A stretch of 64,000 nt of DNA, taken from assembly GCF_009834535.1 (NCBI RefSeq), contig NC_045696.1:6140001-6204000 (forward strand), written 5' to 3'. This document shows positions 48,671 to 61,669 of the stretch, piece by piece; the first letter of the stretch is position 1, and the number at the start of each line of letters is the position of its first letter. A model generated the notes under the pieces. That model saw only the letters and a program-made list of their open reading frames with translations, did not search any database and was not told the origin of the DNA. Source of the DNA: Camelus ferus. Its lineage: Eukaryota. The translations under genes and the position numbers were made by a program.

Positions 48671-51350
48671 CCACCTCGTTCAATGTCGGAGTGGAGCTGT
48701 CCTTTTAATATGCAAACATTTCCTCATGAATCATTTCCCATTTCTTGTCTAATTATTCACAGATTCGCTATAAATGATGGCACATATTTGAAGCAAAGGA
48801 AATAGCACTGATAAAGGGCAGAGAGATTTTCAAAAGTCATCCGGCTGGTGGCTGGAATATTTTGAGGAATTTCCTATAGACACTGTGAAAGCTGGGCAGC
48901 TGTTTCGCGTTAAGCATCGTTTCTTCCATAGGGAGTGGAAAATTACTCTAAGAAGTGATTCTCAAAAGTTGATTCTCGTCCTTTGTGACAAGCATTCCGA
49001 AAGAAGTTACAAAAAAAAAAAGAGAGATTTTTCTTTATCTGGGAGAATTTTTTGCACTACCGCCTCCTCGCTGGCTTAATTCTGCCCATTTTTGTCTCCA
49101 CCCACACCTCATCTTATTGGGCACTTGTAAAACAAATAATATACACGCCCAGGGTTGGACTGATGATTTTTATGCAGATAGTTAAAAATAGAGCAACCGT
49201 GGGCAGAGCAATGACCGCAGGAAGTGATTCACTTCCTCTGGTCAGCTTCTCTGACACCTACCAGGACCTGAGAAGTAGAAATAATGGAAGAATTCATGTT
49301 GAAGCCTGGGCACCATCCCTTGATTCCTATTTCTGCTGGTGACTCAGCCAGCCTAGGCTGTGTTTCTGCTAGCCGCCGAGGCTGTGTGTCTTTGAAGTCT
49401 GAGATCACGCCTACCGTCCGCTCTGTGAACCTGGTTCTTCACTCTAACATGCACATGGCATAGTTCGTACTGTGGACTCTGACGACAGCAGTGACACTTT
49501 CCCCACTGCTTTTGGGGAGATGGTGGGGCTGGTGTTGGTGGTGTAGGTTCCCATCTGTGGTCCTTGGTCTACTTCAGTCCAGTCTCAGTAGACCCTTCAC
49601 AATGGTCCAAACCGTTTTACCTGCTTGGTCCTAGACCACGTTGGCCTCTCCTAGAAGATGGCACGCCCAGACAAGCGCAATTGTAACAATCAAGAGCCGT
49701 ATCTGGAGTTTACAGACTGTGTTTTCTCCAATGTGGCTGTGTCAGAGTGTTCCAGTTCCGGAAGGTCACGGGCACCTTCTCTCGATTTGCTACCTGGCAA
49801 TGGAAGAGTGTTCAAAGACCCCACAGGCTGACAGTGAAGCTTCCCTGGGGGCCACCTGCCTGAGAAATGGGGAAAAACAATTTTACCCAAGTGTGAGAAG
49901 TAGATGAGTTAAACAGAGAGACTCCTGCTGGGTGGAGCTGGGCCCTTGGAAGCCTTCAGTTCTGCTTTCTTTTCCTTTTTCTCAGTGAAAGGTCTCACAC
50001 ATTATTGTCCTACTAAATCTTTAAGCCTTGAGTGAGAAATAGTTTTTCTGAAAGATGTAAATACAGATTTTCAAAAATCACCTGATGGAGATTTTGGAAT
50101 AAGATGGGTTACAAATAAAGTCATGAAATGAGCAATCAAATCACAACAGTTAACAAAAAAATCCATCAAGGGCCATTAGGGAAAAAAAAATTCTTAAATC
50201 ACTGAAGATGTTTTGGAAAAATACATTTTTGAATTTAAAAAATTAAAAGGATTATTTTAAATCCAATATAAAAAAAACAGGGTTTGCATTCCACATTCTG
50301 GTTAGCAGAGAGTTTGGAGAAGGAAGATAAAAGGGAAAAAAAAGAAGAGATGTGGCAGGGTGGGAGAGGAACAGAGTGGAGGAAGTGGGTGATGGGGGCG
50401 AACATTCAGAGAGGCTGGATGATTGTGGAAGGAAAGGGCAGATGGACCCACAGGCAAAGTCAGAGAAGACGGCGTGGGGAACAGGGCGGAGCAGTCCAGG
50501 GACTGTCGGCGGGCTCATAAATTACTCTTTTTGCAGGCTTGTCCTGGCCCTGCCTGCCTTCCCTCACCCACCCATTATATCTGAAGGACTGCCACTCAAA
50601 GTGCAGATTGGCTGGTCACCCAGTGTTTGGAAGTTTTCCATTGCTCTTACCCACAAGCAAGGCAAAGTGGCATTTGACAGGGATGGTTTCAGGCGCTGTA
50701 GGAAGGGATGCCCTCCGGTGGGTCAGAGCAATACCTCCCAAAGTTTGGAAGAGTGACAGAAGAACAGAGGGTCCTTCCAGGGTGCAGGTACCCCAAGACA
50801 GCACACCAGAGGTTCTTAACCTGGGGCATGTGAACCCCCAGACATGATCTCCCTCACCGTAAGGGCTCAGGTGCTGAGTGTGTACCTGGGAGAGGCTGTC
50901 CCTTCCTCACAAGCTCACTGAGTCAGACTGCATCCCGGGAGAGCGGGGCTGCCCCACAATGAGACACGGCACCTTCCAGCAGGAAGAGAAAGGGGGACAT
51001 CACAAAGGAAGACGCACAGCAACTTCTACATTCCTGTCCAACTCTAACAACGCCTGGTTCTCTGATTGAACAGAAAAGACCAGAAATGTTCAACAGCTGT
51101 TATGAAAACTTTTTTTAATTTTAATTTTTTAAATTTTATAATTCAAACATGTGAAAAAAAAATTAGCAATTCAGAAGTGTATGGAGAGCAGCAGAAAGTA
51201 CCATCTAAATCCCAGTCCCAGGGAATAATCATAGTTCAGAAAGTGGGATGTACCGATTCAGTTCTCTACATTAAAAAATATGCGAAGTCAAACATGTTAA
51301 ACACACCACATAGAAACACAGCTAATGTCTTTTCCATGCAATTCACTAAT

Positions 51351-51905
51351 CTTTTTTTTGATTGAAGTATGATTGGTTTACAATGTTGCGTTAGCTTCTG
51401 GTGTAGAGCATAGTGGTTCTGTTATTTATATATATATAATATTCTTTTCATATTCTTTTTCATTATAGGCCATTATGATGTATTAAATATAGTTCCCTGT
51501 GCTATACAGTAGAAACTTGTTGTTTATCTATTTTATATATAGTAGTTAGAATCTACAAGTCCTAAAGTCCCAATTTATCCCTCCCACACTCCCTTTCCCC
51601 CCAGTAACCATAAGTTTGTTTTCTATGTCTAAGAGTCTGTTTCTGTTTTGTAAATAAGTTCAGTTGTGTCATTTTTTTAAGATTCCACATATAAATGATA
51701 TCATATGGTATTTTTCTTTCTCTTTCTGGCTTACTTCAATTCGAATGACAATCTCCAAGTCCATCCATGTTGCTGCAAATGGTGTTATTTTATTCTTTTT
51801 TCTGGCTGAGTAGTATTCCATTGTAGAAATATACCACAACTTCTTTATCCAGTCATCTGTCGATGAACATGTAGGTTGCTTCCCTGTCTTGTTTATTGTA
51901 ACTAG
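51351..51905 (-). mobile_element. Camelid-type 5'-truncated L1 inside an older L1ME-like remnant
   Basis: KQPTCSSTDDWIKKLWYI...PFAATWMDLE; degenerate TSD gcaattcactaat/gcaactcactgat. Confidence 0.93.
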
Positions 51906-52499
51906 GCAACTCACTGATTTTTTTATTTGCCATCTCACAGCAAATAGCAGATATATTGCCATGTCAGTACTTATCATCTATTTTATTTTATTCTTTTAAA
52001 ATTTTTGTTTTTAAATTATATGTACTGGAATAAAACACAGTATAAGAAACAAACGTGACTGGTCCTAAGACTGCGGCACTGCTAAGATTTCCTGAGGGAC
52101 TGCTTGAGGGTCCAGAGAGAGGGCTGCGGGGTTATTTCTGGCTAAACCCTCCAGCGTCCCCCTGGCTGGTTTGAGGTTTTCAGCAAAAATGCCTAAAAGC
52201 AGCAGCCATGGGAGCTGATTCCCAAGGCTGCCAGGGAGCACGCTCTCCCAGACGGGGCGTCAGCTCGGCCTCTGCACCCCTCCCCATCTTCTGTGACGCT
52301 CTTTCTTCTTCCCATGAGCCCAAGTGATCCTCTCTGCCACTCCGGGTATGGAAATCTGCTTGTGGGAAAGGCCTGGAATGTCGGCTCACCCTCACCATGT
52401 CTGCCTGGAAGTGACAGCCGTGGAAACCGAGGTTCTGGCCCTTGGACAGCACACGGTGGGAGGGAGCACGGGAGGTGAAATTTCTGCCGTCATCACAAA

Positions 52500-52680
52500 G
52501 GCTGCTGTTGCGGAACGCGTACTACACGCCAGGCATTTGACTTCTGATCACTTCTGGTTTTCAGAAACCCTCGGAGGAAGGCATTACTATCTCCATTTTG
52601 TAGAAAAGGAGAAGAAAGCCCAGAGAGCTCAAGGAACTTGCCCAAGTTGCACAGCCCCATGGCAGTGGCAGGATTCCCTC
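52500..52680 (-). mobile_element. MIR SINE
   Basis: tactatctccattttgtagaaaagga...gcccagagag...aacttgcccaagttgcacagc. Confidence 0.8.
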
Positions 52681-53139
52681 TGGGGTCTCCCTGTGCCCTT
52701 GAGGCTGCACCCGGACAACCTCGTGAAGGAGGCCTTGGACTCTGGAGTCATACCATGTGGCCCTACAGCAGCCGCCTGGCCAGAGCCAGCCTGTCAGTGG
52801 TCACTTAGGAAGTGGAGCCCCCGGCCAGGGTAGGTGTCTGGGAAGTCTTGTGTGCTCCCAGAGACTTCCAGAAATCACGGCCTCCAAAACCATCCTGGAT
52901 GGCAATCACAGACCCTCCTCCCTGGCCCACAGGACCCCTGGTCTTGCAACAGAAACACTTCCTCGTTGGCGACTTTAACACTCGGGACCTAGTTCGGCGT
53001 CCACGCCAGGGTTTTGGTAACACATCTGTAACTCCCAGATGCCCAGATCTTCTGGTACTCTGGTCCGTCTATTGCCGGTCCTACCGCCAGTGTCTGTTAT
53101 TGCAAACTATTTCAAACTTTCTTCAAAGGTCAGGAGTGT

Positions 53140-53260
53140 TCAAAAACAATGCAGAGGGGTGTAGGAAAATTGGATAGAATTCAGAAAAGAGCCAAAGCGA
53201 TGATTGAGGATAGAAAACAGGGCTCTTAGGACCGGGGTTAAGGGTAGTTATGCATTTCCC
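53140..53260 (+). mobile_element. L3/CR1 ORF2 fragment
   Basis: aaattggatagaattcagaaaagagccaaagcgatgatt translates to KLDRIQKRAKAMI, similar to CR1 KLERVQRRATRMI. Confidence 0.55.
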
Positions 53261-53484
53261 GGGGGAAGTTCAGGAGCTGCTATCATTCTTAGAATCTTGG
53301 TCAGATGCTGACCACTGACCAGTGATTCCTAACTCCACGGACCAACAGGCTCTGAGCCCTCAGAGTGGGCACTCCGGCCAGATGTGGTTACCACACACTG
53401 GTCCAGGCTCTTGGTACTCTTCAGAGCCCTTTGGTATCTGCTTCTCGGTGGTTCTTGGAATTGCCTCAGGAGGGACGGCGAGGA

Positions 53485-53690
53485 TGCTTATGGCTCTGCA
53501 CTTATTATGTTACCAGACGCAGGCTGAATCTCAGTAACTTCCCACGCCTCTGGTTTCTCACCAGCAACACGAAGATATTCATTGTATCTATCTGATAGCA
53601 TTGTGGTGATGACGAGAACAGATCAATGCAAATGTTCAGGACAGCGCTGGTCACATTGCAAAGACCACGTAAGTGTTATCTATCGCTGTT
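53485..53690 (+). mobile_element. Degenerate MIR
   Basis: gcctctggtttctcacc...tatctgatagcattgtggtgatga...taagtgttatctat. Confidence 0.55.
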
Positions 53691-54327
53691 GCTGAAATCA
53701 GAAACAGAGGACCGTGGAAATTCAGGGGCTTCAAAGCTCAGACTAGACTTAATTTTTTAAATTAATTAACTTGTTATTTAATAATGGAGCCTGATTTATA
53801 GAGATGAAAATGAAGGGCTCACAGTTGGATGAATTTCAACCAGTGCAGCACTGTGTGTTCCTGGCAGCTGCACAGTGCATGGTCCAACAGTCCTCACTGA
53901 AGGGCACACAGAATCTAATGTTAGAAAGGACCGCACATCTTTGGTGTTTTGCCGCCACCGCTACAATCATCTTTGGGTCCTGGCGGGATGACAGTCAGCC
54001 CTGAATCAGAGTCAGGGAGGTGTTTCTAGACCCTCCCTCCTTCTGGTCCAGTCTCACCGACTCTGCCAGCATTACTGCTACAGTTTACCCCTCCCCTGCC
54101 CTCCGCATCGTCCCTCGGGCCCCACAGTTGCCAGGGAGCCCTGTGCAAGGTGACCCACCCAGTCCTGAGACCCAGAGCACCTGGCACATAGAATCCCACC
54201 CATGAGGCTGCATTCTTCCTGGGCCCTGGTTGTTCTCCCAACCTGCCACACGGGAGCCCCTCCTCAAATAGCTCGCTGTTATCCTTCTTCCCTTCCTTTG
54301 GCTTCTGTCCAACAGTTGTTGTATCTT

Positions 54328-54866
54328 CAGCCTAAATGTCCATTGACAGATGACTGGATAAAGAAGTTGTGACAGATATATGTGTGTCTTTGGGGGGAAT
54401 ACTATGCAGCCATAAAAAGAATAAAGTAGTGCCATTTGCAGTAACATGGAAGGATTTCCAGATCGTCATTCTAAGTGAAGTAAGCCAGAAAGAGAAAAAA
54501 TACTATATGATATCACTTATATGTGGAAACTGAAAAAAAAAAAGGACACAAATGAACTTATTTACAGAATAGAGACAGACTCTCAGACATAGAAAACAAA
54601 CTTATGGTTACCGGTGGGGGGAAAAGGGTGGGGAGGGATAAACTGGGAGTTTGGGATTTGCAGCTGCTAACTACTGTACATAAAATAGACAAACAACAAG
54701 GTCCTCCTGTTTAGCACAGGGAACTACATTCAATATCTTGTAATGGCCTATGATGAAAAAGAATATGAAAAGGAATATATATGTATATATATATATGTAT
54801 AAATGAATCACTATGCTGTGCATGAGTAATTAACATAACATTGGAAAGTGACTGATTTCAATAAAA
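54328..54866 (+). mobile_element. Camelid-type 5'-truncated L1
   Basis: cctaaatgtccattgacagatgactggataaagaag...ttcaataaaaaa; degenerate TSD aacagttgttgtatc/aaaagttgctttatc. Confidence 0.93.
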
Positions 54867-54879
54867 AAGTTGCTTTATC

Positions 54880-55115
54880 CAAGGCCTTCCCTGATCTCTG
54901 CCCCTCCGTGGCCTTGCTGCCCCCTCACTGCCTTTGTCTTGCCTCCGGTTTGCCAGGCACCTCTGCACGTGTTTATTGCTTTGTGGCCCGTTTCCCCCTC
55001 CCCCCGACGTTGAATGCACGCTCCACAAGAGCTAAGGTTTGTTTTCTCAATTGCTCCCACCTCCCAGCGTGGACAACACAAAGTCAGTGCCGAGTGAACA
55101 CACTAGTGGGTGAAA
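54880..55115 (+). mobile_element. L2 3' end
   Basis: aggccttccctgatc...gaatgcacgctccacaagagc...gggtgaa. Confidence 0.55.
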
Positions 55116-55287
55116 GCATGGGCCATGACAAGTTAAAGAAAATAGTGTTTGGAGGCGGGGGACTAGCTGAGAACATCAAGTGATGCTTTGCTTTTCCCAG
55201 ACTGAGGCCAAGTGCGGTGAGAAGGCCGCCACCCCTGGGGGTGTCTTCTTGGGATTCTGGGAGGACATGCTGTGGATGTGTGACCCT

Positions 55288-55307
55288 CTGCTGCCCCCTC
55301 CTGGTGG
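55288..55307 (-). promoter_or_regulatory. Candidate CTCF site
   Basis: Reverse complement CCAGGAGGGGGCAG, one mismatch to CCASYAGRKGGCRS. Confidence 0.5.
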
Positions 55308-55361
55308 GGAGCCAGAGTGGGGCTATTGCTCAAGGGATGTTTAGAAGAGCTCTGCTCACTA

Positions 55362-55820
55362 AGGCTTGGGTTAGTAAACTCGAGTTGGTGAACTTGGATG
55401 AGAGAAAAAAATCCCCATTTTCACTACTGCCTCACTGACATTTAGCATTTTCGTGATGCATACATGAGGTACCCTCTCCCCATTATTATGAGCAGTGCAT
55501 GTGATTTTGTCACCAACACCATTCACACCTATTGTCACCACACACTACAGTTGTTGCTGCAACCTTGATTTTTGCTCCTCATGACACTGATATGATAACC
55601 ATTAGATGCACCAACAGATCATTTTATTTAGTGGGTGAATAAAGCAGCATGTAGATCGCATATTTGCTTTGGTAACATTTTGGTATCTGGTATCCGTATC
55701 TTTGATTTGCTTTTTGATCCTATGTGTCCTATTTTATGGATCTAGAAACATTTCCCCAGAGGAAGTCCACAGGTGTCACCTGAGAGACAAGGGGCTCCAT
55801 GGCCGACAAAGGACAGGGTT
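55362..55820. mobile_element. Charlie4a-like hAT element
   Basis: gtgaacttggatgagagaaaaaa...tttagcattt...tgtgattttgtcaccaa...tacagttgttgc...gtccacagg...ccatggc. Confidence 0.8.
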
Positions 55821-56605
55821 CTCGTCTATGATGTCGAGGTTCCCATTGAGGAGGAAGATGGAACCTTGGCAGCGGGGTGGGAAGGCCTCCTCCACACCAG
55901 GAGCCTGGGCCCCTCCCACTCAATCTTGTTCCAGGGAAGGCCTGGGACCAGGGCCAACGGCGACCCTAGGCCTTGGCAGGAGGAGACTAAATCCTCCCCC
56001 TTCACAGGCCTCTGTCAGCTCTTCTGTTCCTTCTCTCCAACCCTCCTTCCATTCCAGCCCCATCTCTTCCCACTGAACACCATGTGGCTCCTCTTACCCT
56101 TCCAGGATTCGATGCTGCCATAAAGGAAGACGCATGAGCCTTTCCCTTACCTGGCTGAAAAGGTGAGGACACCTTCATGGAAGCAGTTTCAAAACCAGCT
56201 GCCACTCCTTGGCACCCAAATCCCTAATCTCACCAGAGCCTTCCAATTAGGGGCAAACCCTAAATTCATAAAGACAGATGAAGTTTTCCTATCAGCTTCA
56301 AACCAAGTATTAATCTGTAGCGTTGAATGGGTTTCTAGGTCGAAAGCCAAGGTTTGCAGAAAGGATATGGGTAGGCAGGAAAAAATTGTAGAAAGAGTCA
56401 AAACAAGTTCTGCATGTTGGCAGTTCACACGTCCTATTACGTTCCTGAGTTAACTCTCCTCTGTTGAGCTTCCTTACTGAAGCCTGGAGAAGATGAAGGA
56501 GACGGTGGGGGTGACTTTACTTTGGTCTCAATCATAAATGCCACTGGGAGAATGTGGGCGAGTCACTAAAACTTATGTCATTTCTTATTTTATAAATCAG
56601 GCCTT

Positions 56606-56720
56606 TTTTTCCCTCTCTTCCTCTGTTTCTCTCTTTCTCTCTCTGTGTCTGTTTCTGTCTCTGTCCCACTGTCTCTGTCTATCTCTCTGTGTCTCTATCT
56701 CAGTCTCTGTCTGTCTCTTG

Positions 56721-56764
<44 letters not shown>
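56606..56764. repeat. Imperfect (CT/CTGT)n tract followed by (CA)20
   Basis: Directly visible; CA run at 56725-56764. Confidence 0.95.
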
Positions 56765-56765
<1 letters not shown>

Positions 56766-56848
56766 TAGTTAAGGACAGAGTCTAAATTTCTTCCCCGCCC
56801 CCTTTCATTTCTCCAAGTGAAGAGACTTCACAGCATCCACGCCCGCAC

Positions 56849-56868
56849 GCAGCGCCCTCTGCCGACTC
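56849..56868 (-). promoter_or_regulatory. Candidate CTCF site
   Basis: Reverse complement TCGGCAGAGGGCGCTGC in a small CpG-retaining patch. Confidence 0.5.
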
Positions 56869-57142
56869 GGTCCCTGGCTACGGCCGCATCTCCTTAGGTC
56901 CCGGGAATATTATGTGACCAAGTGTCAATGTCTGAAAAATGCTTTGAAGTCTTGGGGAAAAGACACTCTATTAAAGGATTCTTAAAGAATCATTATCCTG
57001 CATAAAATGTAGAACCATGCCCAGCAAGAAGGCTGTGACTGCATGAGCAGGCCAAGTTAAAGACTTAAAAGTTATTATTGTAACAAGGAATCAACTCAAA
57101 CCATACATTAGATCCTAAAATAAGCCTCCAGATCACAGAGTC

Positions 57143-57232
57143 TTTTTTTTTTTTAATGTAGGTACTGGGGATTGAACTCAGGACCCTATGCATGCTAGGC
57201 ATGTGCTCTACCACTGAGCTATTCCCCTGTCC
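57143..57232 (-). mobile_element. tRNA-derived SINE, Vic-1-like, short form
   Basis: T run followed by ggtactggggattgaactcaggacc...gctctaccactgagctat. Confidence 0.9.
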
Positions 57233-59789
57233 TTGGACAGCAGACCCTTAATCTTACTATTGAGCAAGTCTTTACAATAGAAGTGTGTCTAATTTCATCC
57301 CACATATAACCTACTTAACATCTAAATATTCTTCATCGAATGTGACCATTTGCCAAATTTAGAACACACGAAATCTTTTTTTTTTTTGGAGGGATTTTTT
57401 TCCCTAAAAACAAAAAATCATATTGCAAAATGCAGGGAGTAAGGCATCCGACGTCCAGAATATATGGCTGGCTCAGTTGCCACAGTCCAAAGCGCCATCT
57501 GAGCATCTATTTTTCCGAGCAGTTGAGAGAAACGATGTGTACATTTTTCATGTGTAATTAGGCAGTGTAAGGCGATCCCGGCTGCCGACGGCTGCCGCTG
57601 CCCTCGCCGGGTGAATGGCTTCCAGATTTCACCCCCATCTCTTCTGTCTAGACTCTACGTTGCTCCTTTTTTTCCTCCTCGCTTAAAACAGACTCCAATA
57701 TAAAATGCCAAAAACAGAAGTTTTGTCCCTCTTTCTCATAAAGATGTGGGACAGAGCTCGCTCTGCCAGACAAGCAGGGCCCCAGACTTTCATAAGACAC
57801 GTGTCGTCTGAAGCTGACATTAAAGATTGTCCAGGCGTTTCAGCGGGTCATACAAACCTTTTTTTTCCCCCCTCAAATATGGTTTTCATTAAGAAAGCGA
57901 GTATTTCTAGAGAGGTGTGGTTCAGTTCGGAGTCAGGGGAGGGCTGGGTAAGAAGGGAGGCAGAGGGAGCTGCCTCTCGAGTTTTTAAACAACACTGTTA
58001 TTGACAGGGCAGCTGAAATGTGCATTGTCTTAGGAACACGGCTTTGGGGGAGTGAAAAAATCATGTCATACTGTTACCAGGGGCACATCTTGGTGAGTGG
58101 GCTGACAACTCAGGTTAAAACATGGAGACTTAATAGGAGAAAATGGAGACATTCTAATGACACAAATGCCCTTTATTAATTGTGAGAATTTTTATACCTC
58201 CTGCTCTTGGGGGAGACGGTAAAAAGCCTTTTTTTTTTTTTTTTTAACTTAGACTTAAGGAAACATTTTTACAACTGAATTTATTTAATCAGATGAGATG
58301 CTAGAAAGAAGATACAGGTGGTTGGAGGTCTGTGTGATCTGGCCAGCAAGGGCAGGGGTAAATTCACTTTTTGGTTGTTTAAAGCTGCCTCGTTTAATCT
58401 CATCCAAAACTTCCGCAGTTTCTATGGCGATGAAGCTCATTTTCTTCCACTTAACAAGATGCTTCCGTCTGCGATTAACAAACGAAGATAATAATATAGA
58501 AAAGTAATTTTTAAAGAAAAGGATGAATAAAATAGTGCTGTTTGTGGGGTATCAAAAATAAAATGTCATTTTCTTGGAAAGTTGAAGATGGGTTTCAGTT
58601 GTCACTGAATCAAAGCAGAACAGAAGTAGTGAACACGCAGCACGAAAATGATTTTCAAATAAGTAAACGATAAGAAAATTCAAATGCGTTCACATTTTTC
58701 TTTTTCCTGTCTCCCTCTCTAGTCTATTTTAAGATAAACCCCACAAACTGGTACCCATGGGTCTGTTAACTAGAGGTTTAAAGCCTGAGAACCTAGCTGG
58801 AGTTTGTGTCATAAGCTCTTCAGGGGCAATGGCTAGTCTTTTACTAAAAATACCATATACACCATCATCCTCATATTATAGAACTTGGGTAGAATTCTCA
58901 ATTCTTCAGAAGCAGTTAACTTGCCAGCAATTTTTTAAAAATCTATTTTATACATTAGCACTATGTGAGCTGTAGAAAATCAACTATATCTTAACTGTTT
59001 CAAAGCTGAAACAAATGATCCAACAATATTTTTTTTTAATTTCTGCATTTAATAGTGTTTCCCAGAATTTGAGAACTAGAAAAAGAGAGAGAACTGACTC
59101 GGTTTTGAAAAGTCCACCACCTCGGTGAAAAGGCCAAGCGTCCTGACAGCTGAGAAGTGATGGTCTGGGAAGGCCCCGCGGCGTGATTTCACTTTTGAAT
59201 TTGTACCCAGTTTTCTTAATAGTGTCAGTCAGAGCCCAGCACTGACTGTCTCCTTAAAAACATCCTAAACTCTTCAGGAGGCTTTGCTAGCCTCCTACGG
59301 AAGACACTCAAGGTCACGCATCCTTTACAGAATTCGGGTTGAATTCCCAACTCTTGAATTGAGAAACACAGCAGAAACCCAAATATGTGCCAAATAAATT
59401 GTGTCACATATTTTTTACTCTGTTATTCCCAATTTAAATGTATATGTTTGGATTTTATCCGATTAGCATAATACTCTGTCTGTAAAGCAGGGTTTAACTT
59501 TAATCTGTGAAATTTGTCTTGCGAGATTTATCTGCTTTGAATCCTGCTTATTCGCATGGTGATTTTATTCATCATGTCTGTGTCAATGGGAGTCTGCCTT
59601 GCTGCATTTTGCTTGGGCATGTAAATACGGCTTCCTAGACAGGTATTGTTTACATCTGCTTAAAATCAAGTGACTCTGCTGAATGAATGAGGTCTTTCTT
59701 ATCTGATCCGTATTGCATCTGGGCTCTCCGGAGTGAATCTGGTGAACCGAGCCAGTTTCTCTCACTTACCGCAGCCCTCTGCAAGGACG

Positions 59790-59910
59790 CATTCCCCCGC
59801 CTCTCTCCCCCGGGAGATGGTGAGCTCCTCCAGGAACTCACCTTCATCCACAGTGCCTGGCATGAGGCATAGAGTAGGTGCTCACTGTGTGCGTGCTGAA
59901 TGCATACATG
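59790..59910 (+). mobile_element. L2 3' end
   Basis: gtgagctcctcc...cacagtgcctggcat...gtaggtgctca...tgctgaatg. Confidence 0.6.
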
Positions 59911-61014
59911 GGTGTGTGCTTCTGTAGCTGGCGCCTGACCCACTTCCAGTCGAATGAAGAAAGCACAAAGGCAGGAAAGCCCAGTTTGAACCTCTTACAG
60001 GAAGCCCACCTTGGTTCCCCATGTCAGCAATGATTTCGCCTGCAGTTAAACTCTGTAATAGAACTCTGCTCGACATCTATAGCCCTTATCTTGCATATTC
60101 CTTTCATAGATTCTTGTGTAGGGACCTTAACTTCCTTACAAAGATGTGAGCTCGGGGAAACTGCGATGGCTAGTTCTCTGTCTTTGTGCCCTTCGTTGCA
60201 CCAGGTATGGGACAGCATATGCTGTGGAGGCTGAGGATCAATCTCTGGAATTTCTCCTTTACGTGTGTCTGGAGCATCCCAAGTGAGTGGGAAGCAAGTC
60301 GTCTTGTTTGGTGTTTATATAGCGCTGTGCTCACAGCCCTGGGAGAAAGGAGATTTCTCTGCAGTGGTTAGATTAAGCTTTATATTTCTTTGGAAAATAT
60401 CTCCATGTGCTACTCTGTCTGTACATGTCAGATAACCACCACAGATTCTTCTGGAAGTGAGAGAACATTTCTGGCCAAACAGAGGCTGAGGAACCTGGCT
60501 CCTGGCTCTAGCTCAGACCCTGATGGGGATAAAATGAGGAGAAATGAAAACCCGGGAAAATCTGATGATGGATTTAACTGCAGCAGAACTTAGAGATCTC
60601 TCCACAGCGAAACCCGTGGCCCAGCTCGCCACACGTGCAGGGGTGGGGGGAGCCCTCGCAGAGCCAGTCTTGGGAACACGTTGGCCAAAACGGGAACAAC
60701 AGCCCATGGTGCAAAACGTGTCCTCTGCGTAGGCTCAGATTCTGCACGTTGGTGGGGTTTTTTTTGTTTTTTTTTTTTTTCCCTATTCACATTGGAGAAC
60801 ACAGGGTTGGAGTTGTTTTCAGAAGACTTAAGTAGCTCTCATTTAAATTATTCAAAAGTTGTATTTGGCTGAATGTTAAGTTTCATTCCTTCTTAAACTG
60901 GGATTCTTTCCAAGGATTGTTAAAAAAAAAAAAATCCCAGTGACTTTAGTAGTGAGAGAATGTAGCTACTTTGGGGATAGACCTTATAGAAACAGACAGC
61001 TAACCCGACAGAAG

Positions 61015-61300
61015 TGGGCTGCTCCAGGGCTGGCCTGGGGCGATGCGGCCCTGCGGTGGGACTGGGGGGCCGCCGGGGCTGTGCTGGACCCGAGGAAGGG
61101 GGCTGCGCCCCGGCGGGGCAGCCGCAGAGGCGGTGGGAAACGAGGCGGGGAGGGCGGGAGCAGGCAGAGCTGCTTATTCAGAGAGGCTGCGAGGGTTTGA
61201 CACAAAAACTATGTAACTTTAATCTTAATTGCCAAGAGTCAATGGACAGCCGGGACTGCCTGTTCATTAGCAATTTGGCTCTGGTTTGCGGGCCCTAAAA
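61015..61300. promoter_or_regulatory. Small CpG-island-like element
   Basis: Very GC/CpG-dense core at 61035-61195 with GC boxes (gggcggg, ggcgggg). Confidence 0.55.
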
Positions 61301-61669
61301 CAGTACGCACAAGGAAAACCACTCTTGAGAACTGAACGCTCCGGAGAAAAGGTTCCCATTTCCTCTTCTTTGGACCTGGGCTGGGAGGCCCTCGGCTCTG
61401 GGGCTGTCTTTCCACGATGATGATTTGGGAATCATCTGCTAAACCTCACTATCAACGAACAAAACTCTGGACCTGAGTGATTCATGGAATTGGTTTCTTC
61501 CAACTCAGACCCATTTGGAAGAGAATGTGCATGTGTTTACCCATAAACACATATTCTATCTGTTGTCTGTTATCTGTCTATGTATCTCTGTATCTATTGA
61601 ACACACAAACTACATTATGCTTTGTTCTTAGCTCCAGTGTATTTTAATCCAAGCCAAAGCAGATATAAT

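Noticed and set aside
57705..58004. 99-aa ATG ORF after a pyrimidine tract/AG
   Set aside because: Unrecognised peptide; the region is better explained as regulatory, though a transcript is not excluded
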